A DNA stretch of 32,000 nt from Nitrosotalea sp. (lineage in GTDB: Archaea; Thermoproteota; Nitrososphaeria; Nitrososphaerales; Nitrosopumilaceae). Shown piece after piece: positions 13,949 through 21,391 of the stretch (position 1 is its first letter; the number at the start of each line of letters is the position of its first letter). The DNA lies in assembly GCA_050749405.1 (NCBI GenBank), contig JBOGRD010000006.1, positions 7,878-39,877 on the forward strand, written 5' to 3'. Made by a program: the position numbers and the translations under genes. A model generated the notes under the pieces. The model was not told where the DNA came from. It ran no database searches and saw only the letters and a list, made by a program, of their open reading frames with translations.

Positions 13949-15718
13949 TTACTCATCAGATATATCGCCAAGACCATACGTGTCTTTTGCCTTCTCTCTT
14001 TCTTCGTCTAGTTTTGATATTTCTTCTGCTTCTTTCTTTTCATCACCAGAATATATTGTTCTAATTGGCCAAGGAATTCTAATGTCATATTTCTTAAATT
14101 CTTCATACAATATCATACGCATATCAGTTTCTACTTTAAAATGTGAACCATAGTCCCTTGCATAAACCCACATTACAAAATCTAACGAAGAATCGCTAAA
14201 ATTATTAAAACGAACTATTGGTTGATCTATATCTACCAAAAGTTTTTCATCACACCCACAGCTTGGTTTGTTTTCATCCAAAAATGGGCAGCGTCTATGA
14301 ACTATCATATGTCTTCCCTTGTCATCCTTGGATTCAATCATCACGCGCCTTCCCACCTTCATCAATATTGTCGCTACTTGTTTTGGATTGTTAAGATATG
14401 ACACACCTACCTTGACAGTAGCGGGAACAAAAGTGAATTCCTTTGTGAAATTCAAGATCTGTTCATTTAGGAGTTGATTTGTAGGAATAATTGCTAATGA
14501 TTCGTTAAGTGCTTGTCTTATGTATGTGACCCTGGGTGTAATCCTGTGCACAATTCCATTGAATCCAGTGTGGAGCTGAATCCTATCGCCTTCTTGAATT
14601 ATCTTGTCCTTTCTGAGAACTATATATGCAAAATAATCTTCCATCGTTTGCTTGAGTGCCAATCCAACGCCTACTCCAAGTCCCCCAGTAGCAGTTGCTA
14701 CCACTACTAGATCTACTCCCCACCATACAATTACCCCAAGAATGGTCACTAGGAAAATTCCTATAGGAAGGATTTGATTGACAGATCTTGGCATAGATTT
14801 TTGTTTTTGCTCAAAATACCCAGGAGGTTTTCCACCTGGTAGAACATACTCATAATCATTGAGACGTCTCATCTCCATCCAATTATCTATAGGATAGATC
14901 TCACGTGGTCTTATTCCAAGGCTTAGTTTTCTTCCCGCTGCATTATTTCCACTTAAACAAAAATTAAGATAGTGTTCATATTTTTCTCTCTCTACCTCTT
15001 TCCATTTTTTAAATGGTTCTTTTATTATTGCTTCATAGCTGCCTATTGCAGCACTAGTAGGACTGTGGTAATTTTGCAGATATTTCCTGCCCTCTTCTGT
15101 ACTCAAATATTTCTGAAATTCTTCCTTTGAGAACTCTGTAGGTATCTCATATGGAGGCACCCATTTGAAAAATTTATGAAACAGATCTGGAATGTTTTCA
15201 CATATGCCATATTTTTTTCCACTACAAACATCGCATCTGCCGCAAGGATCGTCTGGAAAGCCTCGTTTTAGCTTCCAATTCTCATAATCCTCCCTTTTTT
15301 TTATATCAGATTCATGTTTTCGCAAAATGATAGGAATTATCTGAGAAATAGTATAACCAATAATGAGTATATTGATTGTATTTAGAATTTTAGCAAAAAC
15401 ATCTCTTTCAGTGTGGGTCCCAGAAATAACTGATATTCCAGGCTCTTCAAACAATTCATAGATTTGAATGTAAAAATTTGTTGTAGATACAAGTGCTAGG
15501 GCAAAAAATGGTAAGGCGGCTTTTCGCACTAGACGTGAGATGTGCGGTCTTGTGTAGCTAAATTTTTGTTTTCTAACCCAATTTGCAAATTTGAAATATA
15601 CTGAAAATATGGTAACTAGTCCAACTACTAGAACGATTAGCTGAATCTGTAATACATTATTGGATAAAATCAATGATGGAAGAGTCTGGATTTGTTGTGT
15701 AGCAAGAGACTCAGTCAT
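13949..15718 (-). CDS. MscS-family mechanosensitive channel homologue with a ~180-aa insertion
   Basis: The pore-helix/beta-domain signature ATATGGLGVGVGLALKQTMEDYFAYIVLRKDKIIQEGDRIQL...GIVHRITPRVTYIR...IIPTNQLLNEQILNFT is typical of MscS. Three N-terminal helices are followed by a soluble insert (aa ~133-315) containing CGRCDVCSGKKYGIC. The C-terminal domain contains CPFLDENKPSCGC. Confidence 0.75.
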   Translation of the reverse strand: MTESLATQQIQTLPSLILSNNVLQIQLIVLVVGLVTIFSVYFKFANWVRKQKFSYTRPHISRLVRKAALPFFALALVSTTNFYIQIYELFEEPGISVISGTHTERDVFAKILNTINILIIGYTISQIIPIILRKHESDIKKREDYENWKLKRGFPDDPCGRCDVCSGKKYGICENIPDLFHKFFKWVPPYEIPTEFSKEEFQKYLSTEEGRKYLQNYHSPTSAAIGSYEAIIKEPFKKWKEVEREKYEHYLNFCLSGNNAAGRKLSLGIRPREIYPIDNWMEMRRLNDYEYVLPGGKPPGYFEQKQKSMPRSVNQILPIGIFLVTILGVIVWWGVDLVVVATATGGLGVGVGLALKQTMEDYFAYIVLRKDKIIQEGDRIQLHTGFNGIVHRITPRVTYIRQALNESLAIIPTNQLLNEQILNFTKEFTFVPATVKVGVSYLNNPKQVATILMKVGRRVMIESKDDKGRHMIVHRRCPFLDENKPSCGCDEKLLVDIDQPIVRFNNFSDSSLDFVMWVYARDYGSHFKVETDMRMILYEEFKKYDIRIPWPIRTIYSGDEKKEAEEISKLDEEREKAKDTYGLGDISDE

Positions 15719-16297
15719 TTGTTATCAGGCCTCTTGTAATTTTTCCTAGTTCTTTCTTTGATTTTCTTGAAACACTCAATAAAGATCATTTCCTACTTCC
15801 TATTTGTAAACATACCGAACATATTCTTATTCATAATTTCTTGCGATATCAATAAAAGTTAAAATTTTGCAAATTTTTCAGATTAACCTTTTACTTACAA
15901 TTTCACATCTTGACGTTCTAATTCTTTCTGCTTATGGGCTTTGGTACATTTAGAAAGATACTGCAGGAGTAACCTTCGGATTTCTTGTATAATTCATTGC
16001 AACCTTGGCATTTTCTTGACATCTTGACATGGAATTGATAAAACTTTATGAAAAAATGGCTCTTCAAACACAGTCTGGACCAACTGCGTTATAAGTCACA
16101 TGAAACCAAAACTAGTCTGTGGTTATTAATCCATGTAGATCTGTATCATTGGTACTTAATCTTTATACCATCACTAACATTGTTCCTTAACAAGGTGTCA
16201 CAATCCATTATAAATTATCTAACGATAAAATCCCATGGAGTTTGGAAATTATGGGCATTACTCTACAAGGGTATACCGGGTGTCTGAGTATGAGGCA

Positions 16298-16307
16298 CTT
16301 TAATTGG
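16298..16307 (+). promoter_or_regulatory. TATA-like box (CTTTAATTGG) of the surface-protein operon
   Basis: TTTAATT is centred ~33 nt upstream of ATG 16335. This supports Met32 of listed ORF 16242..18707 as the real start. Confidence 0.4.
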
Positions 16308-16334
16308 TTACTTGACAGAAAACACTCAGCAACT

Positions 16335-18707
16335 ATGAATCATAAAATATCACACTCTGGCGGAAAATTTGTGCTAATGGTATTTGTAGCCCTTTCTATT
16401 TCTGCCGTTTTTTTCATGCCGCAACACGCATTTTCTACTTTAACGTTTACTGACTATTCTAACAGCACTTCAACCTCTATAAGCAATCAAACCTCATCTA
16501 GTGCCGGAACCGCATCAAACGCAACACAAACAAGCAGCAACATGACTTTCACGGCTTCATCAAATTCTACTAATGTAACTTCAGTTACTGACAATCAATC
16601 TGTCTCACAGGCAAGCTCAGAATCATCCACTACTGCGCCAGTAGAATCATCTGGTTCTAATTTGGGCTCTGACTCGATAACAATAATTTCTCCCACAACA
16701 ACTAGTTCACAAACCACATCTTCAGATAGTAATCAATCAGTGATATCACCAAGTATTACCATATTAGGCATAATAAATGCAAGTCCAAATTCCACCGCGG
16801 CATCTACTTCAACCATCTATACCGGTGCTCCAATCTTACCTCCAGCTCTCTTGCTAACTAACGACCAAACATACTATGCCTATGGTGATGTTGTAACATT
16901 ACAGGTAGCATTGTCTGGCCTGAGCCTTCAAAATATCGCAATTGTAGTATCAGATCCGACAGGAAACGACATTGTATCAAGAACAATAACTACAAACGAG
17001 AACGGTTCAGGCGAGCTACAGTTCAAGATTCCATCAAATTTTCAGACAGGGGTCTACCAAGATATCGCAACAGCACTAGTTGATGGAAAAAACTATACCA
17101 ACTCTACAACATTTAATGTAATCAAAACACATGGAATATCTATAGATTCAGTACAGCTAATTAACCAACAGGGCAATCCAGTCTCGATGCTAAAGGAAGG
17201 CCAGAACAACTTTGTCCAGGTCTCAGTCTCTTCTGGCGAGACGATGCCTACTCTTCTTACTTTGAATCTCTTTGATACCAACCAGAGTAGTATAGGTACA
17301 GCATCCATCAAATCCACTATAAACCCAGGAGACTCTCAGATGACGCTCTCTTTTTTCATACCTACTAATGCACAAGTGGGAACGGCAGACATATTCACTG
17401 ATGCATATTCTGATTGGCCAAGCAATGGAGGAACCCCTCTTACTACAGAATCATGTCTCTCCTCCAGCCTAGAGAATCCTACTACACTTCCAGTATCGTA
17501 TCAACCAACTCCACCACAAACTTGTACACAGCATCCACAAAACCTGACTGGAACAACTCTGGTATCTACTGTCTCAGCCAAGATGACAAATGCTCAAGCA
17601 CAGGTTATGCTGGGTGTTGCCATACAAAACGATAGTATGACGTTTATGAGTCCAACCCAAGCACAACTTTTAGCTCTTGCATACCAAAACGGTACTGCGA
17701 CAAGCGCTGGTGACAAATCAATCGCACTAGTAAGTCTCAATCTTGCTGCACTCAACTCAACTGGCACTGCATCTAATCTAACTAATTCTGGAAACGTAAC
17801 ACAGTTTACCACGCTCGTAGGTCCAGCTCTTCAAAATGATCCTATGGCGCAAAAGATCTTGCAAGAGATTCAGGCCTCAAAGCATCAGGTGGCAAACATA
17901 ATTGGAAATGAAACAGCTGCAAAAATCAACAATCAATTGATACAACAGCAAAGAGTAGCTGCCGCAAGCCAGCTCAAACAAGACCTTACAGCGCTTCAAC
18001 AAGCTAATGTTGCCAATACTCCTAGTACAGCTTATTCTTCCTTCCTTGCTACTATACCAAATAACAGTACACAGAGAGTCTTTGAGGGAGAATTTAACTT
18101 CATGCAGCAAAGAGTAGCTGCTGCAGATGCAGCCATGCAAAATGTACTTGCTAATGGCGGAAGCTTGGACCAAGCAATGCAAACATTTGACAACTATGCA
18201 GCAGTAAACCATGCCCAAGTCGTACAAATAAATGCCAATCTCAACGTAGAATACGGCCTTGCAAATAGCAACGTACAGTCATGTTTTAACAGCAACGGGG
18301 ATCTGACAGTTGTTAATGGAATAAATCCATGCATTGCAAACCTAGAGAACAATTCTACCAATGGAATACAGATAACATCAGTACAGCCAACTGACCAAAA
18401 TGGAAACCCCGTCTCAACATTTACTCGAGGCCAGAATGGCTATGTCCGTGTAAATATTTCATCAAGCAATGCTGTTCCAACTCTTGTAACTATAAACATC
18501 TTTGATTCAAACCTTGACACCTTGGGTACTGGCTCAGCACAATACACGATAAACCCTGGCACTTCAGAAGTAGTAATTCCATATTACGTACCAGCCCAAT
18601 CCTCGACAGGCCTTGCTAGCATATACGCTAACGTACTCACTGCTTGGCCAAATAACGGAGGTACATCGGAATCGCACGAATTATCATATTTTGTAGGACT
18701 CTTGTAG
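16335..18707 (+). CDS. Large secreted/surface protein: signal anchor, S/T/N-rich linker, beta-sandwich-like domains, Q/A/N-rich helical region
   Basis: Start at Met32 (MNHKISHSGGKFVLMVFVALSISAVFFMPQHAFS is a signal-like N-terminus). A ~140-aa Ser/Thr/Asn-rich low-complexity region follows. At least ~20 N-x-S/T sequons are visible across the protein. There are two 103-aa internal repeats and a QQRVAAA-containing helical segment. No catalytic motif recognised. Confidence 0.75.
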   Translation: MNHKISHSGGKFVLMVFVALSISAVFFMPQHAFSTLTFTDYSNSTSTSISNQTSSSAGTASNATQTSSNMTFTASSNSTNVTSVTDNQSVSQASSESSTTAPVESSGSNLGSDSITIISPTTTSSQTTSSDSNQSVISPSITILGIINASPNSTAASTSTIYTGAPILPPALLLTNDQTYYAYGDVVTLQVALSGLSLQNIAIVVSDPTGNDIVSRTITTNENGSGELQFKIPSNFQTGVYQDIATALVDGKNYTNSTTFNVIKTHGISIDSVQLINQQGNPVSMLKEGQNNFVQVSVSSGETMPTLLTLNLFDTNQSSIGTASIKSTINPGDSQMTLSFFIPTNAQVGTADIFTDAYSDWPSNGGTPLTTESCLSSSLENPTTLPVSYQPTPPQTCTQHPQNLTGTTLVSTVSAKMTNAQAQVMLGVAIQNDSMTFMSPTQAQLLALAYQNGTATSAGDKSIALVSLNLAALNSTGTASNLTNSGNVTQFTTLVGPALQNDPMAQKILQEIQASKHQVANIIGNETAAKINNQLIQQQRVAAASQLKQDLTALQQANVANTPSTAYSSFLATIPNNSTQRVFEGEFNFMQQRVAAADAAMQNVLANGGSLDQAMQTFDNYAAVNHAQVVQINANLNVEYGLANSNVQSCFNSNGDLTVVNGINPCIANLENNSTNGIQITSVQPTDQNGNPVSTFTRGQNGYVRVNISSSNAVPTLVTINIFDSNLDTLGTGSAQYTINPGTSEVVIPYYVPAQSSTGLASIYANVLTAWPNNGGTSESHELSYFVGLL
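17136..17444 (+). repeat. Intragenic repeat module A (103 codons)
   Basis: ISIDSVQLINQQGNPVS...WPSNGGTPLT aligns without gaps to module B. I counted 45/103 identical residues by hand. Confidence 0.8.
18366..18674 (+). repeat. Intragenic repeat module B (103 codons)
   Basis: IQITSVQPTDQNGNPVS...WPNNGGTSES is the partner of module A. DNA-level similarity is also visible (for example ggccagaa..., ccaactctt..., atctttgat...). Confidence 0.8.
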
Positions 18708-18717
18708 GTATGACAAA

Positions 18718-19212
18718 TTGAAAATATCCTCACTACTTGCAATGGTTACCTTGTCTCTGCTAACACTTGCTATACCAAGCTCCTATGCACAGCTAGACAA
18801 CGAATCAATTACTATTAGCACATCCAAGAGCGCATATGGCCCAGGAGATATAGTAAACCTCACAGGTTTTGTCAATCAAGGAACTCCCGGCCAACTTGTT
18901 GCCATCCAAGTAAAGGACACAAAGGGAAACCTAATTCTGATTCGAACTGTACAGGCAGATCAGAATGGAAACTTTAACCTTCAGTTCAAGGTGCCGCTTA
19001 CCGCTTCTCAGGGTAACCTGAACATAACTGCTAGTGCAAGAATTAACGGATTTGTTATCACTCAAAGTAAAGATACCACAACTCCCGTGCCAGAGTTTCC
19101 AGCATCTGGAACCGTACTTGCAGCAAGCATTGCATCGCTTCTTACTTTTTATGGAATAACATCTAATCGAGGACTGAACAGCATAAAACAAAAACTGGGT
19201 GGAAGAAAATGA
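18718..19212 (+). CDS. Secreted protein with MG/CARDB-like beta-sandwich domain and PEFG-CTERM-like C-terminal anchor
   Basis: TTG start (the only ATG alternative is Met9). Signal peptide MKISSLLAMVTLSLLTLAIPSSYAQ. The domain SAYGPGDIVNLTG..VAIQVKDTKGNLILIRT..NGNFNLQFKVP parallels a domain in the upstream gene. The C-terminus is PVPEFPASGTVLAASIASLLTFYGI followed by basic residues. Confidence 0.7.
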   Translation: MKISSLLAMVTLSLLTLAIPSSYAQLDNESITISTSKSAYGPGDIVNLTGFVNQGTPGQLVAIQVKDTKGNLILIRTVQADQNGNFNLQFKVPLTASQGNLNITASARINGFVITQSKDTTTPVPEFPASGTVLAASIASLLTFYGITSNRGLNSIKQKLGGRK

Positions 19213-19829
19213 AGTCACTACATCTTTACATTATAATGGCAATAGGTATTGGAGCCATTGTAACATTTGGAGTAATTGTATCGCTCTCTCCTAATGCATT
19301 CAACCTGAACCATAACTATCAATCAAACTCTACAAATACATCGTCATCTATGCTCTCGTTTAGTGTATCTGTAAATTCTACTGAAATAAAGGCAGGACAG
19401 GGAATTGCAATGGACATTGTACTTGACAATACATCACCTAACTCTCTGGTTCTCAATCCACAGCATGACTGGCCACTAAAGAAATGGAGTATGGGCCCAT
19501 GTCTATTTCATTTACCATTTGGCGTGGCCCTATTCCGGGGAAACTATTCCATTGATAACATGACTGAGGGCGAACGCCTACCATTGTATCCAAGTGGTGT
19601 TTACATGTGCAGGACAATAAATATAGGCCACTTTATCTTCCAACCTTCCAGTAACAAGGCAACAATTGAGATCAACGGCACAAACTATCCAATAACAACG
19701 CAGTATAATCTCGCGTTTAACGGATTTTATCAAGGACAGAAATTCCAGTCATTTACACAGGGAACATATACCGTGATAGGAGAAGACAGGTGGGGACAGA
19801 TCTCTATCAACCATTTCACGGTAACCTAG
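19209..19829 (+). CDS. Hypothetical secreted/anchored protein
   Basis: ATG 19209 overlaps the upstream TGA (ATGA). N-terminal helix LYIIMAIGIGAIVTFGVIVSL, then a sequon-containing, beta-strand-like sequence (SFSVSVNSTEIKAGQGIAMDIVLDNTSPNSLVL...). No family recognised. Confidence 0.6.
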   Translation: MKSLHLYIIMAIGIGAIVTFGVIVSLSPNAFNLNHNYQSNSTNTSSSMLSFSVSVNSTEIKAGQGIAMDIVLDNTSPNSLVLNPQHDWPLKKWSMGPCLFHLPFGVALFRGNYSIDNMTEGERLPLYPSGVYMCRTINIGHFIFQPSSNKATIEINGTNYPITTQYNLAFNGFYQGQKFQSFTQGTYTVIGEDRWGQISINHFTVT

Positions 19830-19982
19830 ACAACCAGAGGTCGTTACTATGTTAAGAAAATTTACCAATTTTTTTATGCATACGATGAATTGAAACCATA
19901 TTATGGAATTACTAGCCTATGCGTTGGCATTTCTGGCAAACTGCATTCATAATTGCGTTGGTTGCTAGTCAGAAAAATAATT

Positions 19983-20861
19983 TTAGAATGCTCTAAAACC
20001 TACTGGCCTGCACAATTCTGGATGTTCTCTTAGGTACATAATTTTTTCTAGCATCTGTTGCTTCTCTTGTGGAAATGTTCCGCCTATTGGATATGCATTG
20101 GATCCATGATTGGCTCGGAAAATTACCGGAGCCTTGGGTTCCATCTTGCTCACAAGGGACTCTAGCTCGTCTAGCGTATCAGAGTCGTCAATTGCCAGAA
20201 AAGGTTCCTTGAACTTGGTAAGGAATTCTTCGCGTATTCCTTTGTCCAGATGTAAAGTCAGGGCTCCCACATAATGAGGAGAGGTCACGCTGAGTATCTT
20301 TGCAGTGTCTTCAATGTGTTGTTTTGAGTAATTTTTTCCGCCAAGGCCCAGAATCACCATGCATGATATGGTATAACCAGAGTCCTTTGCCTTTTGGCAT
20401 GCCTTTATGATTGTCTGGCTAGTTGCACCCTTTGTTATTTTTTTCAGTATAATGTCAGAACCGGTTTCTATACCTATATAGAACATGGTAAGCCCAGCAC
20501 CGTAAAGTTTTTTCAGGTCCTCTGTAGATTTTTCCAAAATATTTTTTGGCATGGCATAGCACGAAACTCTCTCAAGGTTTGGAAACTTGTCTTGTATGTA
20601 ATCTAAAATCTGTAGCATTCTTTCTGTTGACAGGTTCAGAGCATCGCCGTCTGCAAGAAATATTCTCGTTGTTTCAGGCATGTGTTTTGAAGCAAGATCG
20701 ATCTCCATCTTTATCTCATCCCATGATCTCTCTTGGTATTCTTTTGTTCTATACATGTCACAGTATGAACATTTGTTAAACGAACATCCAAGCGTTACCT
20801 GAAAAATAAGTGACTTGGCCTCTGAAGGAGGCCTGTACAAAGGGTAATCATAGTTTAGCAT
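19983..20861 (-). CDS. Radical SAM domain protein (non-canonical CX4CX2C cluster motif)
   Basis: The listed ORF starts at GTG 20864; ATG is at 20861. VTLGCSFNKCSYCDMY was verified at DNA level (TGT TCG TTT AAC AAA TGT TCA TAC TGT). The downstream FLADGDAL and GIETGSD segments are consistent with a radical SAM TIM barrel. Confidence 0.7.
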   Translation of the reverse strand: MLNYDYPLYRPPSEAKSLIFQVTLGCSFNKCSYCDMYRTKEYQERSWDEIKMEIDLASKHMPETTRIFLADGDALNLSTERMLQILDYIQDKFPNLERVSCYAMPKNILEKSTEDLKKLYGAGLTMFYIGIETGSDIILKKITKGATSQTIIKACQKAKDSGYTISCMVILGLGGKNYSKQHIEDTAKILSVTSPHYVGALTLHLDKGIREEFLTKFKEPFLAIDDSDTLDELESLVSKMEPKAPVIFRANHGSNAYPIGGTFPQEKQQMLEKIMYLREHPELCRPVGFRAF

Positions 20862-20908
20862 CACACTCGATTATGGTACCATCCACTTTATCAGTTATTC
20901 TTTTGACC

Positions 20909-21358
20909 TCATGCCTTTCTTCCATCTTGATGGAAAGAAGACATTGACGCTATCTTGCTACGATATTTCTCTTTATACAAAGCTCGGCATGATCTGCAGC
21001 AAAAAAATCTCTCAAAGCTGGCAAATTTGAGTGCAGTGGGTTTGCCAGCGACAGGTCCATGACAATAATCACAGTTTAGCTTTACTCGAAGGGAGCTGCC
21101 AAGTTTTATGCTGTTCTCTTTAATTGACCGTACTTTTATGTGACCCAGTTCTGAACAAGTCTTGTTTTCTAGCTTGTCTAGGTTTAACGTTGGAAAAATG
21201 CCTTTGATAAGACCAACATTTACAAGCCTTTGATATCTTGCCTTTACAGTAGGGGTGCTCACCTTTATCTCACGCGAGATCTGCCTGAACGATTTTCTTC
21301 CATCTTTGAAAAGTGATCTGAGTATTGCCGTATCGATATCGTCTAGCTTGTAAGGCAT
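20909..21358 (-). CDS. Lrp/AsnC-type HTH regulator fused to a TRASH metal-binding domain (CopR/CopT-like)
   Basis: The N-terminus LDDIDTAILRSLFKDGRKSFRQISREIKVSTPTVKARYQRLVNVGLI is an AsnC-type HTH. The C-terminus CDYC-x20-C-CRS-C fits the TRASH pattern C-x2-C-x19-22-C-x3-C. It lies immediately downstream of copA. Confidence 0.75.
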   Translation of the reverse strand: MPYKLDDIDTAILRSLFKDGRKSFRQISREIKVSTPTVKARYQRLVNVGLIKGIFPTLNLDKLENKTCSELGHIKVRSIKENSIKLGSSLRVKLNCDYCHGPVAGKPTALKFASFERFFCCRSCRALYKEKYRSKIASMSSFHQDGRKA

Positions 21359-21391
21359 ATGTCACTTGTATTTGCTGGCAGTTATGTAAAT

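Noticed and set aside
16048-16287. 79-aa ORF in the long intergenic region upstream of the surface-protein operon
   Set aside because: Its sequence (W/H/K/L-rich, no domain, no promoter geometry) looks non-coding, and it overlaps the likely promoter of the 16335 gene.
8209-16300. Possible integrated element using tRNA-Val as attachment site
   Set aside because: There is no integrase or recombinase ORF and no second copy of the tRNA 3' segment (GGTTCGAATCC...) elsewhere in the window. There are no recognisable phage or plasmid genes.
16242-16334. N-terminal 31 codons of listed ORF 16242..18707
   Set aside because: A TATA-like box lies at 16298-16307, inside this extension, and the signal-peptide-like sequence starts at Met32. 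I moved the start to 16335.
17093-18227. Alternative-frame and antisense ORFs within the large surface-protein gene
   Set aside because: They are embedded in a long ORF with a coherent domain and repeat structure, and have no independent signals.
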